A stretch of 64,000 nt of DNA, taken from positions 1 through 64,000 of the forward strand of contig JAUCBJ010008748.1 of assembly GCA_032718475.1 (NCBI GenBank), given 5' to 3'. This stretch comes from Nemertoderma westbladi. Lineage: Eukaryota; Animalia; Xenacoelomorpha. Within the stretch, counting starts at the first letter, position 1, and every line of letters begins with the position of its first letter. Position numbers and translations under genes: made by a program. Below the pieces are notes generated by a model. That model did no database searches and was not told the DNA's origin. It saw only the letters and a list, made by a program, of their open reading frames with translations. Shown here piece after piece: positions 11,296-24,800 of this stretch.

Positions 11296-12121
11296 GGATC
11301 GAAGTCGTTTACAGAAGTCGAGGAAATCCTGCCAAGTACCTAACTGATCTAGACTTTGCTGATGACTTAGGAGTACTCTCAGAATCATTAGAGGGAGCCC
11401 AACGGCTCCTCAGCTCATTAGAACATGCTGCTTCTAGTGTTGGTCTTTTTATTAACTCCAGAAAGACCAAAATTCTGACAGTTAACTTTGAAAGTCCTCA
11501 GCAAGTCTCTGATCGGATGAGCATAAGCTCAAAGGATGGTATGCTTGAGCATGTGGACGACTTCTGTTACCTGGGATCATGGATCCGGAAGTCAGGTGAG
11601 GACCTTCGAATACGTAAGGGAAAGGCATGGGCAGCCTTGAATAGGCTTTCCAGGATTTGGAAGTCACCGAGAATTAATCGGAAACTTAAGGTCCGATTAT
11701 TTAGAGCAGCAGTAGTTCCAGTACTCCTCTACGGGAGTCCATGCTGGGCTCTAACTGCTGAGGACACCAAATCTCTGGATGGCACATTCACAAGAATGCT
11801 ACGCCGGGTTCATTGTGTCAAGTACAATGCACACATCTCCAACCAGACACTATATAACATTGGAGGTGTCTCATTGGTTCCCCCAAGCTTGACACTAGAA
11901 CAAAATCGCCTCCGCTTTGCAGGACATTGCTTTTGCCGTGAGGACCAGCCAGTGCATAATCTTGTACTTTGGCAGCCTCATGGAGTGAATAAGCATGGTG
12001 GACAGCCCATGACTTTCTTGAGACGCATCTTAAAAGACACTGGCCTTAAAGATGCGGATGATCTAGCAAATGTCATGGGTGATAGGGAGTTGTGGCGGTG
12101 CAATTTTGTTGACAAGCCGGC
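11296..12121 (+). mobile_element. 5'-truncated RTE-clade LINE (RT C-terminus); 3' tail displaced to 27847-27912
   Basis: LDFADD, GLFINSRKTK, FCYLGS, VLLYGS, RLRFAGHC; 12-bp TSD TATTATTTTACC at 11284-11295 and 27913-27924. Confidence 0.93.
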
Positions 12122-14286
12122 TGTTACGGTATATGGCGCTGTATACATTATTAGCCATTATACAGTATAATATATTGGTCCATTATGCAGTATAATATAT
12201 TAGTCCGTTATACTGCACGCAATATTAGTCCGTTGTGCAGCATAATATTTTAGATAAGGCATAATAGCGCAGTGATATTTAGATAGGGAAATCAAAACGC
12301 CCATATATTTTGAATTCATCCATTTTGTATAGTATGTAGCCCTACCTACGTAATTTTGTATTAGGATATAAGTAGATAGTTCCAGGGTAGCAAGTTCAGT
12401 CGGACCCTGGATTTTGTGCTTGCTGTTATTAGCTTCAATAGGGCTAGCATATAGGGACGCTGTCCTGGCCATTCAGCAGCCAGGGACATGATCCATTACC
12501 ATATATGGTAATAATTTGAGGGTTGGGGAGCAATAGGGCTACAATCCGGCCTTCTAAGTTGGACTAACTGCTTCGAGGTTGGTCTAATGCTAGCGCGGAC
12601 TGGAGAGCCAATAGGAGAGCGATTGCATCACCCTATTGCATCACCCCACTCGGATCACCTATAAATTGGCGGTTTGCCGGTAGAGCTGTACCAACTCTAT
12701 TACCTCAGAGTACAATTTGTGCGTATTTTCTGCTTTTGATTAATTTTCTTGAAATGATTTGCAAATTTATAATTTCTGTTTGATTCTTGTTGTGTTTCTC
12801 AATTAATCTCAAGATTACTGCTAATTACACCATGGAACTGTGATTTCTACCCTTTAGTTAATGGTTCTATGTAATCTCTTTCGACGCAATAATCCTACGG
12901 GATTTCTGAGACTGTCAGACTTGTGATTTGCATGCGCCGCTACGGTAGCTATTTATCTTGATGGAAGGCTAAGGTACGGTAGGCGGTGGGCACATCGGGG
13001 GGTTGGGCGACTAAGGGAGAGCGGAGGATTCAAAGGCGGGCAACGCTGGCGGGGGGCCACCGTTGCGGTCGGGCAATTTGCGTTGTAGCGGGCAGACCAT
13101 CTGCTGGTACGGCAATTAGGGGGCTGATGATCCAGGTATTGTATTATTAGGGGGGCAGGAATTGGGTTAGTTAGGAAGCTTAGACGTACTGGGGAGAGGC
13201 CTGCGTGCTTTACAATAGCGAATAGCGGATAGCTAATTGCATGGCAAATTATATGATTGCGGATTGTATAATTGCAAGTTGTACATTGTGATCTGTGATT
13301 GCTGACGCTGATTGGTGTGTTACTGAAGTGTGCCTATGATTACGAATGCTTTGGTAGGCGCCCCTTTTCTTTGATTGATTTCTATTTCTTAGTTTATGAT
13401 AAATGATTACTGATTAGGTCCAAGTAATACAGTATTTTAGACTATTACTAGTGAAACCTGTTGTGTAATAAATTAGAATTACGCATTCTGGAACTCTTAG
13501 TAATTAGTACGCTGTTACATATTTGTAACTGTAATTAATTAGTGAAATTAAGAATTAGTACGCAGCATAGCGGAGAGTAGCTAGGAAATAATTTAGAGTA
13601 CCGTAAACTATTCACGCTGAGCGGTTATTTGCATTAGCGGGCAATAGGCTAGATCGCAGTAGTCAGTACGCAACTCGCATTAGTAAATTGCTGGCCTAAA
13701 GCCAGCCGCAGGCAAATTTAGACCCGGAGTGGTACTGCCCACGAAAGACATTGTACCGTACCATTTTTGATTATTTTAAATATTCTCGCATTCACACATT
13801 CCGTTAGGGAACCCTCAGTATTCGCGATTAGAAGAGACGTAGGCATTGGCGTACTTCAATAGTAGTAAAATTAGGCGTAATAATATACTCTGAGTGCAAA
13901 GCCTCTCGCACTCGTCTTAAGTAAGCTTAGGGAGCCGACTCGGGTTTATTGTTTTGGTTATTCCCGCGTGGCTCATAGATTCGAACAGTTAGCTCTCTAT
14001 CGAGTGATCGGTAGAGAAAGGAACAAGCGATTTGCAGGAGCCGTGTAAATTTAGTAAAATATATTAGCGGACGGCAGATTAGCGCCATCCAACGGTAAGT
14101 AGCGGTTTTGTATTTAGCAGCCCTACAATTTAGTAATAGCACGCTCCTGATTGCCTTTATTTAACAGTAGAGCAGTCTTTGTGTCTTATTGGTTAGGCGG
14201 GAATTTATTAGGTTGGCAGAGAAGTATACCCGTACTTGCCTGTTCAACAGTTCTGCTGTTAGTATAGGTGACGCGGTTGTTTAACA
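12122..14286 (+). repeat. BEL-A 5' LTR (2165 bp)
   Basis: Roughly 98-99% identical by eye to 25681-27846; candidate TATA (CTATAAA ~12659) and AATAAA (~13467). Confidence 0.97.
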
Positions 14287-15427
14287 GTAAAGCACGTTTT
14301 TTGTTTTGCTGTACTGCGTACAGTAAAGTAAGATTAAGATTACTGTATTAGGTACTGTACTGCGTACAGTGAGACAGAGAGTGTATTCTTAGGCTGTTAG
14401 TTTAGATTACTGTATTCACTGGTCGCGTACAATAGTACAGTAGTACATTAGGCTGATTGCTGTTACTGCGTATGGTAGAAGGGACATTTGTTTTGCCGTA
14501 CCACACACAGTATCATTAGGCTGTTAGGTTGGTGTACTGTTTTACTTACTGTGCTGCATACAGTGGATGTACGGTAGTGCGTTTTTGCAAATTGCGAATA
14601 CAGCAGTTCCTTAGGCCTTAGGGCGAATTGTAATTAGTAAGTTTTTTGAAAATTTTAGCTAGGTTTGCGAGAATTCAGTTTCGGTCAAAATTATTTTGTA
14701 AAATTCTAGAGTTTTGTACCGGTATGTTAGGTAACCGCTTAGTTATTTTATACCATCTGGAGATACATGGCAAGACGGAACTTCTGAGTTTGGGGTTCGT
14801 GTGGGTCTGCGGGTTCGGTTTGCAATCAGTGAAGGGCCTGAATCTTTGGACGCGGACGTGGAATCTCACAGCAAACAAGGTTAGTTGTTCTGTTGGCACC
14901 ATTGTGTTTGTGGAAGCAGTAAAAAATTATCGGTTGTTTAACTGCGAAGCTGAACTCAATTTATTAGTTAGGATATTTAGGTTTAGCCGGCCATGGTTTT
15001 TTGAATCGCTCAAGTTAGAGAGAGAGTTAGAGAGAGTCGCAACCCGAAGATGTAGCCACGCGCTAGTGGATACATATAATATTTGAAATTAAAATTACGT
15101 TGATTAGAGCTATATATGCAAAATTGGAATTATTTGGGTGGCAAATTTATTCTGAATATTTTGTATTAGATTCAGAAATTATTTTGTGTCATACCGGTAT
15201 TTAATTGCTATAGTAGCTATATAATAATATTTTTTGTTTAAATATTGTGCTAGTATTTGCTATAACTATACCCCATTAAATTCACAATATTGCATTGCGA
15301 ATTTATTTGACATTTTGGACCAACTGATTATTTGACAATTAATTTGACCGTATTTCGGTTAAATTATAATTATATCTCGAACTTTTGCGAGATATTTTTG
15401 CCGGAAGGCAAAACATTATTAAGACTA

Positions 15428-18400
15428 TGAGTGTCTCAGACAAGGAGGCACTAGAGGACAGCTATGAGACGGCGGCCGGACCGCCGACTGACGATAGCGT
15501 AAATATTACTGTTGACGACAATGCCGACTATGACGACGCAGCGAGCGACGCTGACGTAAGTGAACAGGAGGACGAGACAGTGACTAGTGAGGAAGAACAG
15601 CAGCCTCAGGTAATAGTATTAGGATCCCCTACCGCTACTGTAAGGAATGATTGTACAGCAACCCAACCAGAGGTGAGTGATAGGGAGGGTAGTGTAGCAG
15701 AAGCGAGAGCCCGGAGCCCGGTTTCCAGACCTGTGGGTATGGTAAGTGCCGTGGTCCCGACGGCTGTTAGGAGTACCCGTAGTTCCCGAAATAATCCTTC
15801 AAGTCCACCGAGTGTGAGTCAGGTAAGCGAGAGAGAACTAGACATTGCGATAAAGAAGAAACTTCGCGCGCATGCCGGACATATAACTCGGACGACGGAC
15901 AAGGTAAGGAAGATGTTAGCTGACTCAGCGAACATCGGAAGGGTAGAGTTAGTAGAGATTAGAAGAGGATATAACTCAGCGTTATTCAAGCAGACGGAAA
16001 AGCAGACGCGAACTCGAGATCGAGAAAAGAAGACGCGCATTGTATGAAGAAAAGGAACGTGTGGAAGAAGAGAGCGCAGCGAGACGAGCGAGGGAAGAAG
16101 AAGAACGTAAACTGGCGCAGTTGGAAAGTGCGAGATTATGTTTAGAGAGCGAAGAACGGACTAGGAAGGCGAACGAAATCGCCGAGAAGGGGATGCGAAT
16201 GATCGAAGAATGTGGGGCGAGTGTAGGGACCGAGTTGCGAGAACTGTTCGCACTGCAGAAGGCCGAACAGGAAGCGAGAACTCCGACCATACGCGAGTCA
16301 ACGACGACCAGAATTCCTATACCCGGTCCAGCTATTACGAGTACACGGATCGCTAAACCGTTCTCTATATATCGCACGCCAGTTGGTATTGGTGCTTCAC
16401 CCATCACTCAGGATCCACGTCATCAGAACACCGCACCACTGTACACCGAACGAGACAACGGAGAGTTTAGAGAAACTCCGACGGGACGAGTATTTGGTGA
16501 ACCGAACCCGCGGGTTTGGAATACGCGGACAGAGCACCGACCCAGTTCGACGGAGAACTTCCGGGTTAAACCGGAAGAGGGATCATTTGAGAGACAGCGG
16601 ATTACTCAGATAGAGCCGACTATACAACAGAACCCTAGCCAGGAATTTATTACGAGGGATGAGTTAAGTGCTAGTTTAGCGCAAGCTATATCGCCGCACA
16701 TCCAACCTATAACGGACATGCTTAGCAACCTACGGTTAAAGGAAGCAGCCCAGGTAAGAAGTAATTCTAATCCTAGCAGGCCTGAGTTAGACAAAGTCCA
16801 GCCTAGTCAACGAGTACGCATATCGGAGGAGACTATACCACATAGACCTCAGGTAAGGACGCCTGTCCCGAATATCCATAATCCCAATTTCGAAAATTCG
16901 GCCGAGAAATTTATACAAGATGCTTGGGTCAGGGCCTCGGCGCGCAAACCATCGCGAGCGCTAAGAACTGACACAGAATCGAGTGATGAAGAGGAAGACA
17001 TGAGACGTCAGAAGTCCCGAAACTATAAGGAAAGAAGGACCGACGCGGAGCAGGTAAGTTGGAACCACCGGGAAAGGACCAGACTTAACAACCCTGCGGA
17101 ACTAAACCATTTGTTAACCCGGAACGACGCAACCCTTAGGGACATAGGTAAGTTTGCTGCTAGGCAAGGACTGCCGACGCAACAACCCCAGAAGTTTATG
17201 GGTAACCATAAGCATTGGAGGACTTTCAAAACCTATGTCGACGAGCAGCTAACCAACAGCACCTTTACTCCCAACGAGAAGTTCAACTATTTGCTTCAGA
17301 TGCTCCATCGAGAACCTAGAGCCATTGCTGACAACTTCGTCGGCAATGAGAGAGCATTTGAGTTGGCAATGAAGACGCTTAGCGACATCTACGGGAATAA
17401 AACCAAGATGGCACAGTCGATAGTAGAAGACTTGGGTAAGGGCGGAAGGATTACATCTCCGTTAGAGCTGTTGAACTTAGCGAACGCTATTTCGAACGCA
17501 TTGGACATCCTGAGGACGGTGAATCTACCTCATCATGGTGATCACGCCGAAGTTTTAAAGAGCGTAATAAGATGTCTAAACATGCGTTACCGACAGAAAT
17601 GGCGCAAATTAGAGAATAAGTTGGAGGGCCAAGGTAATGTATTGACACTTCAGCATATTCATGACATGATAGCCACAGACGCAGTAGCAGAGATGAAATC
17701 AAACTTCTCAGAGGAGAATATGAGAGAGTCTAAACCTGTTACCGGTAATTCTATGGTAAGTTTTGACGATGACAGGACCACTGTGACATTTAACTCAGTA
17801 GACAGATATAATTCGAATACCCCAGCCTTTAGATCAGACTCGCGAGTATGGTCAGGTGAGCGGTTAGATAGACCTAGGTTAAAGCAACAGGAGTTGCCGG
17901 ATGGATTTGTAGGTTGCCAATACTGTTTACTAAAGGAGGTAAGATCTGACGACCATAAGTTAGATAGTTGCAGACGGTTCAAAGAATTAAATTCGGAACA
18001 GAGAAGAGTTCAAGTGCGGACGTTGGACACCTGTTGGGCATGTACGGCCATGTACGGCGGCAGTGCCCGAACAGCAAGGACGGATGCATGGAATGCGGCA
18101 GACTACATCACAAGTTGCTACATGCGGATTTCCACACCCCAACGGACTGTTACTTACACGCCCGAAGGGGAGCAAAGAACCCGTATCGATAAGGAGAAAT
18201 ACGTACACCGGCATCCAGGACGATGGTTACCAACCAGGTTCGTCGGACGAGGATGGCGAGTCGAGCGCGAGAGAAGTGACCTGCCAAGGTTTCACTGCGG
18301 ATAGTTCATCGACCAGCACGCGGACGTATTTATCATCGGCCACGTCGGAAATATTTAGCGTGATTGCGGTGAAACTCACTGGAGATAAGGGATCGAAGCG

Positions 18401-21400
18401 AATATATGTGATGTTGGACACTGCGTCCACATTATCTTATATCGACGAGGAAGTGGTGAGAGCCGTTTCTAGCTTCCAGGACGCCGAGGAGATCCAAATA
18501 GAGTTGAAGTCTATGCACGGGGTAGGAGACCTCAAGGGACACAGAATTTCGGTGGAACTAGATTCCCTACTTCCGAGAGACCAGCATACTCGTCAAGAAC
18601 GAAAAGCTTTGCCATTGGACGGATTTAAGTGTCTAGCTATGAAGGGATTCGGCAGGCAGTTAGGTAAGGTGCCGCCGATGAGTCCCATAGCACAGGAGTA
18701 TTTTGACAAGCTCAGGATATCCAGACATCAGGTAGGTTATAGGAATGTTTCTATGTTGATTGGTGCAGAACAGCTGATCGCACACCAAATATGGGAAACG
18801 AGACCAGCTGAGCCACATGTCAATGGACCGCATGCCCATAGGACCATACTAGGTTGGTATACACGAGTACCCATGTCTTATGAGTTTACAGGTGGCGACA
18901 AGCCAATAGACAGATACGACGAATTACAGCCTATAACTCAACCACCGTTAGTAGAACCACCAGACATAGACGAGTTTAGGAGAACCTGTATTGACCACTA
19001 TAGTGACTTTAGCGAGTCGGACGAGGAGTTGATTCCCGATAATGTTAGGTTGTCGGAACCACTTCACAATGACCGGACAGATAGTGAACCCGAGGACTAC
19101 TGTTATCAGACCCGTGGGTCTGGTTCAGCGGCCCACGCTACTTATCTGACTAACGTTTTGACTTATACAGACATAGTGGAGGGTCAAGTGGCTAAATATC
19201 GAGACCTAGACATTTTCCAATACAGTGAGGAGGAATTACAGAAGGAATTGATACGCCAGGACCTCGAGACAGGAGCCAGAACCGTCGAATGGCTGGATAG
19301 GGACGCAATGGAACCCGGTGGATATGACCTAGCCATGTCTACTGATGAGAAACGGTCGCTGGAGATGATGGAAGATACCATACGTCTGCTACCGACTGGA
19401 CATTTTGAAGTTGGAATGTTGTGGCGTCGACAACCACCTAAGTTGGAGAACAACTACAACTTAGCCTTGAAAAGATTGAACGGAGTAAGGGCTCGGTTGT
19501 TGAAGAATCCGGACATTAGGGAGAAGTATTGCGCCCAGATCAACAACTATTTCGCCAAGGGATTTGCTGGGAAGGTAGAGGACCCTGACTTAGTGACAGA
19601 CCAGACTTATTACCTTCCACACCACTATGTGACTCACCCTGACAAACCTGACAAAGTCCGAGTAGTCAACGACTGCGCAGCAGTCTATAGAGGTATGTCC
19701 CTGAATTCAGAGTTGATGGACGGTCCCAACCTGAATAACTATTTGATAGGAATACTGTTACGTTTTAGACAGCGGCGATTCGCATTTACTTGTGACATCG
19801 AGGCGATGTTCCACCAGGTAAGAGCCTGTAAGGCAGACCAGGATAGCCTTCGCTTTCTCTGGTATGAGAATGAAGACTTATCCGGCCCAGTGGTTACATA
19901 CCAGATGTACGTTAGGATATTTGGCGCCCGCGATAGTCCAAACGGCACGCTGTTTGTTCTAAAGAAAACGGCAACAGCCCAGATTGGTAAGTACCCAGTA
20001 GAGGTTATCGAGTCCATCTTGAGAAACTTCTACATGGACGACGGATTGGTGTCCAAGGACATGGCGGAACAAGCCATAGAAGTGGCTCACGGCCTGCAGG
20101 AGTGCTTGGCTACAGGGGGTTTTCCTCTGACCAAGTTCACTACAAACTCGGAGGCCCTATTAGAATCGTTCGCGGTGAAAGATCGCGGGAGCGGAGACAT
20201 TGAATTGGGGGTAGAACCAATCCCCATGGCGCGAGTACTGGGACTCGCTTGGAACCCGAACACTGACAAGTTCCAGGTAAGAGTTAGGTTTGAGCCCAGT
20301 AGCCCAGACAAAGTTTTGACAAAGAGAATTTGCTTATCGACTTTAAGTAGACTATTTGACCCGATGAACTTTATCAGTCCGGTTATATTACAGGCACGAG
20401 CGTGCATGAGGAAAATTTGGTTGTCCGACGTAGAGTGGGACGAACCAATATCTCCTATACATGCAAAGCAGTGGAGGGAGTGGGAAGCCGAGTTGCATCT
20501 ATTGAAAAACATAGATGTACCCCGTTCCTACTTTCCGAATCAGCTGGTATTTCCAGCTGATCTCGAACTGCATCTATTTAGTGACACAAGTGACACCGGC
20601 TTTGGTATGGTAGCCTACCTTCGCCGAGAGGTAAGTCAGGACAAGTTTGAGACGGCCTTTGTGACTTCTAGATCAAAGACAATGCCGGTCAAATACATGA
20701 CTGTCCCTCGTGCAGAGTTACAGGCGGCTGTAGTTTCAGTCGAGGTAAGTAAGCAGATAACAGAGGAATTAGACACGACATTGACCTTATTCTATTGGAC
20801 GGACGCATCCTTGGTGTTAGTATACATTGCGGCCGACAATATTGCACTAAAGACATTTGTGGCCAACAGACGCGCTCAGATCGTTGACTTTTCGACGAAG
20901 GAACAATGGAGACATTGTCCGGGAGTGTTAAACCCGGCCGACATAACTTCGAGAGGTGCAATGCCGGCGGAATTCTGTCAGGAAGAGTCGCAGGAGTTTT
21001 GGTTGCATGGACCTGATTTTCTAACGAGGACACAGGAACATTGGCCAGAGCGACTAAAGATAGTGACCAATCCGATGCCTGAAGATGCAGAAGTCAAGGT
21101 GGAGAAAGTCTCTAAGTCAAAGTCTAAAGCCAAACTTAAGTCATTGGAGCGGCCTGAAGAGTCATTGGAGCGGCCTGAAGAGTCATTGGAGCGGCCCGGA
21201 GACCTGTCAGACCAACAGACTTACGTGACTACTAGGTCCGGAAGGGTAAGTTATGACATAAAACCACCCTTACAGACTAAACCGGAGTCACAATTGGTAA
21301 GTGACGGACAGAAAATGACCGACAAAATGGAGCCTTTGGTTTCCAAACCTGCGGGTTTGGATTCGAAACTTCCATTAACTAGCGGACAACCGTCGCTGGC

Positions 21401-23005
21401 ATTAGAGCCATGTAGTATTTATGACAAATTACTAAATTCGTCTGCCTCTTGGCTGACAATTTGTAAAAGAACTGCGTGGTTAAGCCGATACATTTCGTAC
21501 CTTTGTATAAAACATTCGAAACATTTAGGAGAACGAACGAGCACTAATAGTGAGCGAATTCAGAAATTGAAACAACCTCTGACAGAGGATGAGATTGATC
21601 AAGCGGAATTAAAGCATTTGAAGCATTATCAAATGTGTGCCTTCCCTAAAGAATTCCATTCATTATCGGCTCAACGACCAGTTCTCTATAAACCCCTTAG
21701 AAAATGGAGTCCATTAATCCATAAGGGTTTGATTTGTCATAGATCGAGAATCCAGACTGTCGACATAAACTCACAGTTTAGGTTCCCAGTGATAATCCCT
21801 AGTCACCCAATAGAATTGCAAAGAGCGATTCTATGGGATATACACAAGAGGTTACATCACGCGGGAAAGTTACACTGTTTGTCGGCAGCGAGACAGCGAT
21901 TCATTCTATTGCAGCCAAGCAGGGCAGTAGGCACTATGTACGACGCCTGTCTGGTTTGCAAGAGAGTGAACGCCAGAGTATTGGAACAGGAGATGGCTGA
22001 ACTCCCGGAAGCGAGAGTGCAGGCATATGACCCACCCTTTACGAATACAGGGGTGGACTGTTTTGGTCCGATTGAAGCAAAGAGTGGACGGCTGACCCAC
22101 AAGCGATGGGGTCTGCTACTGACATGTATGGCTAGTAGAGCCATACACATTGAGCGTGTGGCAGACATGTCGACCAAATCTCTGCTCCTGGCCTTAAAGA
22201 GATTTATGGCCAGGAGAGGACTAGTAAAGGCGTTCTACTCTGACAAGGGTACAAACTTTGTCGGAGGGAATAGCGAGTTGAACGCGGCTCATAAAGCGGC
22301 ACAGAATAAGAAATTTCTGCAGCACTTTTGCCGCAGAGAATAGAGTGGAGATTTAATACTCCAGAAAGTCCTTGGAGAGGAGGAAGTTGGGAGCGTTTAG
22401 TTCGCTCTGTAAAGCAGGCCATTGCCAAAACGTTGCCTGTAAACAAACAACTTACCGATGACGAACTGGTCACAGCGTTCATCGAAATCGAGCATACACT
22501 AAACTCGAGGCCGATAGCTATGTTGCCAGACGGTGTTGCATTAACGCCGAATCATTTGCTAATGCAGAGTCCAGCATTTCTTGTGCCGGCATCAGAACCC
22601 ATTAGTGCCGACCTATATAGTCGTAAGAGCTGGAAAATGACACAGTTTGTGGCGTACACATTCTGGGAATATTGGCGGGAATACTATCTTCCCACCATAT
22701 CCACCAGAACAAAGTGGTACAAAACGGTTCGGAGTCTCCAAAGGGGAGATTACGTATTGATAACCGAGCCGATTGTCAAGAGAAAGTATTGGGAGACAGG
22801 AGTGATCTTGCACACACACCCAGACGTGCAAAACATAGTGCGCACAGTCACTGTGAAAATTAGGTGCAAGTGTCCGCACCCAAAAAAGTGTAAAACTAAT
22901 GGTTTACACACCTTGGACCGACCGGTCCAAGATATCGTGTTATTAGAGGAGACACGTATCGAGACGGGAGATTATAATTTGTCTCCTGCCTCAAAACAGA
23001 ATTAG
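15428..23005 (+). pseudogene. gag-pol: BEL-A gag-pol polyprotein with about four frameshifts (~16000, ~18045, ~18150, ~22335)
   Basis: Capsid-like KFMG..W..F region, three Cys/His knuckles, protease MLDTAS, RT DIEAMF and YMDD, RNase H FSDTS/WTDA/NPAD, integrase GVDCFGP, SDKGTNF, WERLV; 21-bp SLERPEE repeat x3 at ~21140-21200. Confidence 0.96.
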
Positions 23006-23727
23006 TGTTAGACACAACTCACTTCGTATGCATTCCTCGTATGCAAATACAAGGAAATGCATAGGAGCGGGGTTGTGGTGATTTGCGTTGAGTTTTGTCT
23101 GGTGGGTATCAAAACAAAATTTTATTTCAAAATTTTTGGAAAATTTAAAAATTTTAAAAAATTAAAAGTGAACCCAAGACAATTCCAGACGCTGTGTATA
23201 GACGCGTTTTAGAATTCGTCTATAGATAAACAGTAATTTGAAAAGTCGTGAAGCCTGGAAAATAGCATTTAGAAACCATGGTGACGGCTATATTACGTAG
23301 GAGTGTAAATTGAGTTTAGCAACTTCCACAGATTGGTGCCAACAGTACAACTAAGGTGCTAAAGGTTAGTAGCACCAGAGGCGTACATGGACCCCACTCA
23401 GTAGTTTGCAGTGATGTGTGATGTTCGATTATCAAACCTGTGGGTTTGGTATAGTCGAGTATTGTGGCTATAGTCCTTTCTAACTACTGTAGTTTAGTAC
23501 GAGTAATGGGAGTAGTTTGGGCATCAAAAAGTGAGTTGGTCACGGCCAGTTTATCTCCAAAGTTTTTGCGCTATGCATGGGAATAGGTTAGAGGATAGTT
23601 AGGAAGAGACGGGATCTAGAGAGTCGAACCTGAACTGCTGGAAGGCAGCGGGGGGGGGGGGGGGGGGGGGGGTTCGGGAAGTCTGTCCTTCGACGGCATC
23701 TAACTGATTTACCCACCATGTAATTGG

Positions 23728-24800
23728 ATGAACGATGAACCGCTACCTGCCGTCCGAGATCAATTCGACGGGATGCATCTTTACCGGAAGACTCGAGGCG
23801 AGGACGAGGCGGCGCCAGGGGGTTTCAACGTATACAAGTTGTTCTATGGATGCGGCGGATGCATGAGTGGACAAGACGTGGCGATTCCCGACCGACTAGA
23901 CGAGCAACATCCAGAACCGATATTAACGCGATGTCAAGCTCACCAGTTCCTTAGATATAACGAGGGAGGTTACCCGATGAGCAACCCGATGATCAGTATC
24001 GACTTCAGCGGAAAGCGACCTCCGAGACCCATTACGCCGACCGTTACGACATTAGATCCGTATACGGAGATTAAACCCTGTTCGACACGGCATAGACACG
24101 GCGGCGGCCATTTCGCTATACCGAGCCTATAAGGACCTAGAGGCGCGGCGCGAAGCGGTACGGGACTCGAGTTCCTGGACCACGTTCACTTCGCTTCACC
24201 AGGAGAGGAAGCTCACGCCTGAGTATCCAGACGAGATTCGCGCCGTCCATCCGTCTACTAACCATACCCACGATCCGCGATTTATACGATATTTACTCCA
24301 AATTATTTCGGGAAGTTTCGACGAACGCATTATTAAGCCCGAATATGTCCAATCCTTTATATATCATCGTCGCTCTGATATATACGTCTAGATTTATTAC
24401 CCAGCGCACAATTGGCGGCCTAAGGAGACTCGTTTGGGGTCATTGACCTCTGAACGAGTGGAGGATCAGGACCGCCGCGCCCACAGCGACAACAGCCGGA
24501 GCTCACAGCTCGCGGCAAGTACCAGAAGGAGGAGTCCTTGGCAAGCGTCAAGCCAAGGACGAGCAGTTCCATTCTATAAGGTTGAAGAAAGAGGAGTTGG
24601 CGGAGGCGCCCACAGGGACACGGCAAATGGGACGAGGCCGAGGGAGGAGCACCAGTCGGGAGATAGTCGGTGCCCAGGGAACGTCGTCGCCGGTTCCGGG
24701 AAGTGACGCCTCAAGGACGCCGTCAACAGAGTCTACAGGGGGTAGACTGGTGTATCTGGAGAGGGGAGCGAGCCCGAGAGACCCAGGAGCTAGCCGATGA
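23728..24800 (+). pseudogene. Extra GC-rich ORF region (ORF3-like, unknown function) between pol and the 3' LTR of BEL-A
   Basis: ORF 23728-24132 (134 aa), an overlapping open frame ~24056-24391, and ORFs 24434-24706 and 24582-24800 form a GC-rich island in AT-rich flanks; no recognisable domain. Confidence 0.45.

Noticed and set aside
12200-14142. ORFs 12200-12472 and 13927-14142, repeated at 25759 and 27487
   Set aside because: They recur only because the LTRs are duplicated; no domain signal.
17990-18200. Programmed gag-pol frameshift in BEL-A
   Set aside because: Two successive shifts, one inside a zinc knuckle, with no clear slippery heptamer; the related BEL-B is in a single frame here. 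Decay or sequencing error is more likely.
23728-24800. env gene in BEL-A (likewise the ORF at 62894 in BEL-B)
   Set aside because: No signal peptide, transmembrane helix or fusion-protein cysteine pattern is visible.
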